A DNA stretch of 20,000 bases from the IMG/VR virus record IMGVR_UViG_3300048008_000607; one strand, given 5' to 3'. Each line of letters begins with the position of its first letter. Within the stretch, counting starts at the first letter, position 1. Origin of the DNA: an uncultured virus (IMG/VR IMGVR_UViG_3300048008_000607) (Duplodnaviria > Heunggongvirae > Uroviricota > Caudoviricetes > Crassvirales). Shown here piece by piece: positions 16,494 to 20,000 of the stretch. The notes under the pieces were generated by a model that searched no databases, had not been told where the DNA came from, and saw only the letters and a list, made by a program, of their open reading frames with translations. The translations under genes and the position numbers were made by a program.

Positions 16494-18044
16494 TTAACGT
16501 ATTCCAGCTTGTTCTTTTTGTATTCTAATTCTAGCACTTTCTAATGTGCTTTTTTCATTTAATTGGTTTAATGTATCTGTAGTGTTTATTTCTTTTAATG
16601 TACCTTCAACATCAATGTTAGGGCTAATCTCATATTGGCTTTCATCAAATTCGGCATCAGTATCTTTTTCTGTATTAAACATGGTTAAACGATCATTAGC
16701 AGTGTATCCAAATAAATCTTTAATAAATTTATCAACTGCCATTCCTGGTGTTTCACCTATAATAAATGGTTTTTGTTTTCCATTTACTTCTATAACATAT
16801 GCGTTAGGATTTAATAAATTTCCGTCGTTATCTGTTTGACTATTTTGATATATTTCAATACCAGGTATAGTGTTATTTGCGTACTCAATAAGAGATTTTG
16901 CCTGCGCCTCGTTTATTGGTTGAGCACTTAAAAATTTACTCACTGGCTTTAAAAACACTGAAGTAGTTTGTAACTCTTTTTGACGCATTAATTCATCAAA
17001 TTGATATTTAGTTAAATCCCCTTTACCTTTAGCTTGTTCAGCTTTAATTTTATTAACTCTATCGTATTCGGTTTTAAGATTAGATGATGTATTTAAAGCT
17101 ATACTTTTATATTGTTCTTTAACTCTATTAACAAAGTCTTCTGGTAAAGCAACATCTTTAAATGATTGTATATATTCATTTTCATCAATATCTCCATCAT
17201 TATTTGCGTCAATAGCATCTTTACCTGTGAGTGTTTTAAACATAGGTGCTAATTCTCCAAAGGGTCCACCCATTTTTAAAAAATCTGTTGCTAATGAAAG
17301 TGCTTGCTTTGGTTGCATTTCAAGATTTCTAAAATAGTTATCAATCTTTTGTTCAAGATATGCGCTTTTTTCAGTATCTTCACCCCCAATAAACATCCCT
17401 TTAGATGCTGCTTGTTCTGTAATGCCTATAATATCTTTTTCTATTTTATTATGAGCTTCATAATCTTTTGTAGTTAATTCAGGTAAATCATCAAAAGAAA
17501 CCTCTTGACCTGTTGTATTACTTTTAAAATACATTTGGCCATCTTTAAATACTGGCTCACCATTTAATTGTACAATATCTTGTATCAATCCTTTTTCATC
17601 AGCCGTTAAAGAATCTGAAAAATCACCACTATCAGAAATATCTTTATAAGCCTGCGAATACTCTTTTATAGCATTAATAGAGCCTTGCATTTGTGCAATT
17701 TTTTTATTTTGATTAGATAAAGAATCCATATAATCAAATTGATTCATTGATCCTTTTTGACTAACTAATTGTCTATTTTCATCTTTAACAGATAAAGCTT
17801 GTTGGGTATACCAACCTCTCCATGCTTCAGGGACACCATCAGTTTGTAAAGCACCTAAGCTTTTATAGTCTTTAGCTTTTATTAATTCTTCTCTTTCTTT
17901 TTCTAATCTAAGTTTTTCAGCTTCGGCTTCTCTTTTCTGTTGAGCAGATTCAAAAGCTTGTACGCCTCTATCCACAGCATTACTTACACTGACATACCTA
18001 TCAGCTGAAATTCCCGCGCCTCTTATTAATGCTAAATTTGCCAT
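16494..18044 (-). CDS. putative internal virion/ejection protein (516 aa) with EF-hand loop
   Basis: Helical, charged protein between the Gln/Ala-rich protein and the giant protein; DANNDGDIDENE loop. Confidence 0.6.
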   Translation of the reverse strand: MANLALIRGAGISADRYVSVSNAVDRGVQAFESAQQKREAEAEKLRLEKEREELIKAKDYKSLGALQTDGVPEAWRGWYTQQALSVKDENRQLVSQKGSMNQFDYMDSLSNQNKKIAQMQGSINAIKEYSQAYKDISDSGDFSDSLTADEKGLIQDIVQLNGEPVFKDGQMYFKSNTTGQEVSFDDLPELTTKDYEAHNKIEKDIIGITEQAASKGMFIGGEDTEKSAYLEQKIDNYFRNLEMQPKQALSLATDFLKMGGPFGELAPMFKTLTGKDAIDANNDGDIDENEYIQSFKDVALPEDFVNRVKEQYKSIALNTSSNLKTEYDRVNKIKAEQAKGKGDLTKYQFDELMRQKELQTTSVFLKPVSKFLSAQPINEAQAKSLIEYANNTIPGIEIYQNSQTDNDGNLLNPNAYVIEVNGKQKPFIIGETPGMAVDKFIKDLFGYTANDRLTMFNTEKDTDAEFDESQYEISPNIDVEGTLKEINTTDTLNQLNEKSTLESARIRIQKEQAGIR

Positions 18045-18056
18045 ATTATTTTATTT

Positions 18057-18824
18057 TTATCCGCCTAGTTGTTTTATTTGAACATCAGGCATAGTTGCTC
18101 CTCCAGCAAATGCTGCATTTACATCTTGAAATTGTCCACTCTTATTTTTTATAAAACGAGAAGGGTTTTCTTTAATTAATTTTTTTGAAGCTAATTTGCC
18201 ACTTGCTAATTTTTTAGTTGGTATTTTTCCAGGTCCCATAGCCCCTAATGCTCCACCTGCTGCTTCCGCAATACCACCAACTAAATCCTGCGTTGCTGCT
18301 GCTCTTGCTGCGTCTGCTGCAGCTTTTCTTTGTTGAGACATACCTAATAATGTTTCTGTTCTTCCGAACTCTTGCTCTTGTACATACTGTTGCCCCTGCG
18401 CTCTAGCCGCTTGTAGGTTTTGTTGACCTTGAGCCGCGGCCATTTGATTAGCTGATTCTTGCTGACCAATGCTAGCTGCCGATGCTTGTAAATTTTGGGA
18501 TTGTTGTCCTGCCATAGCTTGAGCTAATGCAGCAATTCCAGATCCGCCAGCCGCTGCTTGCATTCCTGAAAGTGTACTAGATAAAGCCTGTTGTTGTTGT
18601 TGAGATTGGAACTGTGCTTGTTGTTGATTTACAGTTAAATCCTCAAAGGGGTTTGTCATTTGAGCAGAGGGATCCTTAAACTCAAATGTTTCGTAAGCTT
18701 GTCTTCTTTGAGCCAATTCTGCCTTAGCAGATTCTTGTTCTTTTCTTCTAGCTCTACCTCCTACAAGAGAACCTGCTGCTTTTATAATTCCTGGAGCTGC
18801 TGCTGCTATTAATGGTAAAGGCAT
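18057..18824 (-). CDS. Gln/Ala/Gly-rich putative ejection (pilot-like) protein
   Basis: N-terminal hydrophobic Ala/Gly segment followed by a basic patch, long Q/A-rich helices and Gly-rich C-terminal helix; first of the three-gene set after tail genes. Confidence 0.65.
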   Translation of the reverse strand: MPLPLIAAAAPGIIKAAGSLVGGRARRKEQESAKAELAQRRQAYETFEFKDPSAQMTNPFEDLTVNQQQAQFQSQQQQQALSSTLSGMQAAAGGSGIAALAQAMAGQQSQNLQASAASIGQQESANQMAAAQGQQNLQAARAQGQQYVQEQEFGRTETLLGMSQQRKAAADAARAAATQDLVGGIAEAAGGALGAMGPGKIPTKKLASGKLASKKLIKENPSRFIKNKSGQFQDVNAAFAGGATMPDVQIKQLGG

Positions 18825-18836
18825 AATATTCTATTT

Positions 18837-19160
18837 TTAATTACTACTTATATTTATTTCAGAGTTTACTGCATATAATTCAGTAAAATCTGTTGATTCA
18901 TTTGTCATTGTAACTCTTGCGTTGTATCCCAACACACCATTACTATTTATTACATTATTTTTAGCAAACATAAAGTAATCACCTATTGCAGGCCTTGGGG
19001 TAGTTGAAGCCACATCAACAGTAAAACTATATTTATCAGATGAAACTGCAGTACAGTTACCTAATTCAACTAATTTACCATTTTTTTGATAATAAACAAC
19101 ATCACCTGTCTGCAAAGATGTGTTTAGTTTTTGATTAAAATTTATAGTTAAATTAGCCAT
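18837..19160 (-). CDS. putative tail/structural protein (107 aa, beta-rich)
   Basis: LNTSLQTGDVVYY...GDYFMFAKN...NSNGVLGYNARVTMTN...ELYAVNSEI resembles tail-associated proteins of Bacteroidota podoviruses; TAATG-coupled. Confidence 0.55.
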   Translation of the reverse strand: MANLTINFNQKLNTSLQTGDVVYYQKNGKLVELGNCTAVSSDKYSFTVDVASTTPRPAIGDYFMFAKNNVINSNGVLGYNARVTMTNESTDFTELYAVNSEINISSN

Positions 19161-19999
19161 TATTTTGTTTTAAATTTAAGTGTTCTATCTCCATCAAATG
19201 TTCCATGCGCACGCAAATTTGTTAAAAGTTTTTTACTATATTGAGACGTTAGTGCATATTTTTCATGCCATGAGGCATCCCAAGAATTTCCTTGAACATA
19301 TTTTACCTCTTGATTACTTCGGTGAGGATATGTTCTAATTTTTGTCATAGGATAAAAACCTATAATAGAAAAAGGTAATTTTGCATACGCTGCCAACCCT
19401 ACTTCATTTGTTTTCTGCGGTATTGTTATACCAAATGTAAATTGAATACCAGAGTAATTAGGTAATGCAATCAGCCCATTTGGCCCGTTAGTTTCTGAAA
19501 TATAAACATTGTTTCCGCCACCTATATAATAATTTCTCCATCTGTCGGTATCTTTAATTGTAGCTGTCCACCAACCATCTTCTGTTACTGCAGCAACGCC
19601 ATCTCCATCCGTGGTTGTATCTATTAACGTACCAGCGATATCTATAGAAACTCTTTCATTAGTAATATAAGTTTCATTATTAGCATAACTAGAACTAGGG
19701 GAAATTAAATCTATTGGTACTTTTAAACTTGTAATTGTGCCTTGATTAATAGCAACCCATAATCCTAAAAAGGCTGCTAAATCATCACCAGCACCTGGAT
19801 TTGGCAATACTACTGTGTAGCCTGTTTTAACATAAACATGCTGTCCTGTTAAAGGTCCTTGAGTGGAATATTGAGCATATAAATTAGTAGAATGTGTTCC
19901 TCTGATATCTGCAGGAGCTTGAGGAGAATTAATCCATTTAAATTTACTTGTCATTATGTTTGACCAAGTTGTACCATTTAAATATTCTAAAACATTATT
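19160..19999 (-). CDS. C-terminal part of a putative tail fibre/structural protein, 5'-truncated by window edge
   Basis: Frame stays open upstream of ATG 19954 to the edge (NNVLEYLNGTTWSNI-MTSKF); LEYLNGTTW resembles a common tail-fibre motif; Thr/Gly/Asn-rich beta sequence. Confidence 0.6.
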   Translation of the reverse strand, partial: NNVLEYLNGTTWSNIMTSKFKWINSPQAPADIRGTHSTNLYAQYSTQGPLTGQHVYVKTGYTVVLPNPGAGDDLAAFLGLWVAINQGTITSLKVPIDLISPSSSYANNETYITNERVSIDIAGTLIDTTTDGDGVAAVTEDGWWTATIKDTDRWRNYYIGGGNNVYISETNGPNGLIALPNYSGIQFTFGITIPQKTNEVGLAAYAKLPFSIIGFYPMTKIRTYPHRSNQEVKYVQGNSWDASWHEKYALTSQYSKKLLTNLRAHGTFDGDRTLKFKTK

Positions 20000-20000
20000 A

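Noticed and set aside
12034..16839. Several + strand ORFs opposite the giant and 516-aa genes
   Set aside because: Typical antisense shadow frames (Phe/Leu/Ser/Ile-rich) of Lys/Glu-rich genes.
1..20000. Stop-codon reassignment as in some crAss-like phages
   Set aside because: Long genes are intact in code 11, and TAG (2924, 7159), TGA (3996, 10884) and TAA all act as real stops.

Overview
AT-rich segment of a lytic dsDNA phage genome, most likely a podovirus-like phage of marine Bacteroidota (Flavobacteria). The host call is an inference from the SSB type, the NrdAB type, starts lacking Shine-Dalgarno motifs and a signal peptide followed by Gln. Positions 1-9447 (+) are a replication/nucleotide module: RecE-like PD-(D/E)XK nuclease, SSB, T7/Twinkle-type primase-helicase, a ThyA homologue, a secreted CAP protein, a GIY-YIG-like/MazG fusion, a second small NTP-pyrophosphohydrolase, a T7 endonuclease I-like resolvase, and nrdB/nrdA. 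Positions 9628-20000 (-) are the end of a late operon: tail-related proteins, three putative ejection proteins (255, 516, 1865 aa), two small basic proteins and three small membrane proteins. The modules converge on terminator hairpins and a 2x41-bp tandem repeat. Best leads: (1) the ThyA homologue has Asp at the position of E. coli Asn177, the known dUMP-to-dCMP specificity switch, and lies near two NTP-pyrophosphohydrolases and a GIY-YIG-like domain, suggesting a cytosine-modification (probably 5mC) pathway; (2) the 1865-aa putative virion protein embeds a sigma-70 region-2-like domain plus an HTH; (3) the RNR beta subunit has an atypical ligand set. Three ORF-track entries (9628-9993, 9997-10290, 10445-10762) are labelled + but are encoded on the - strand. 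All family calls come from motif recognition by eye, not database searches.
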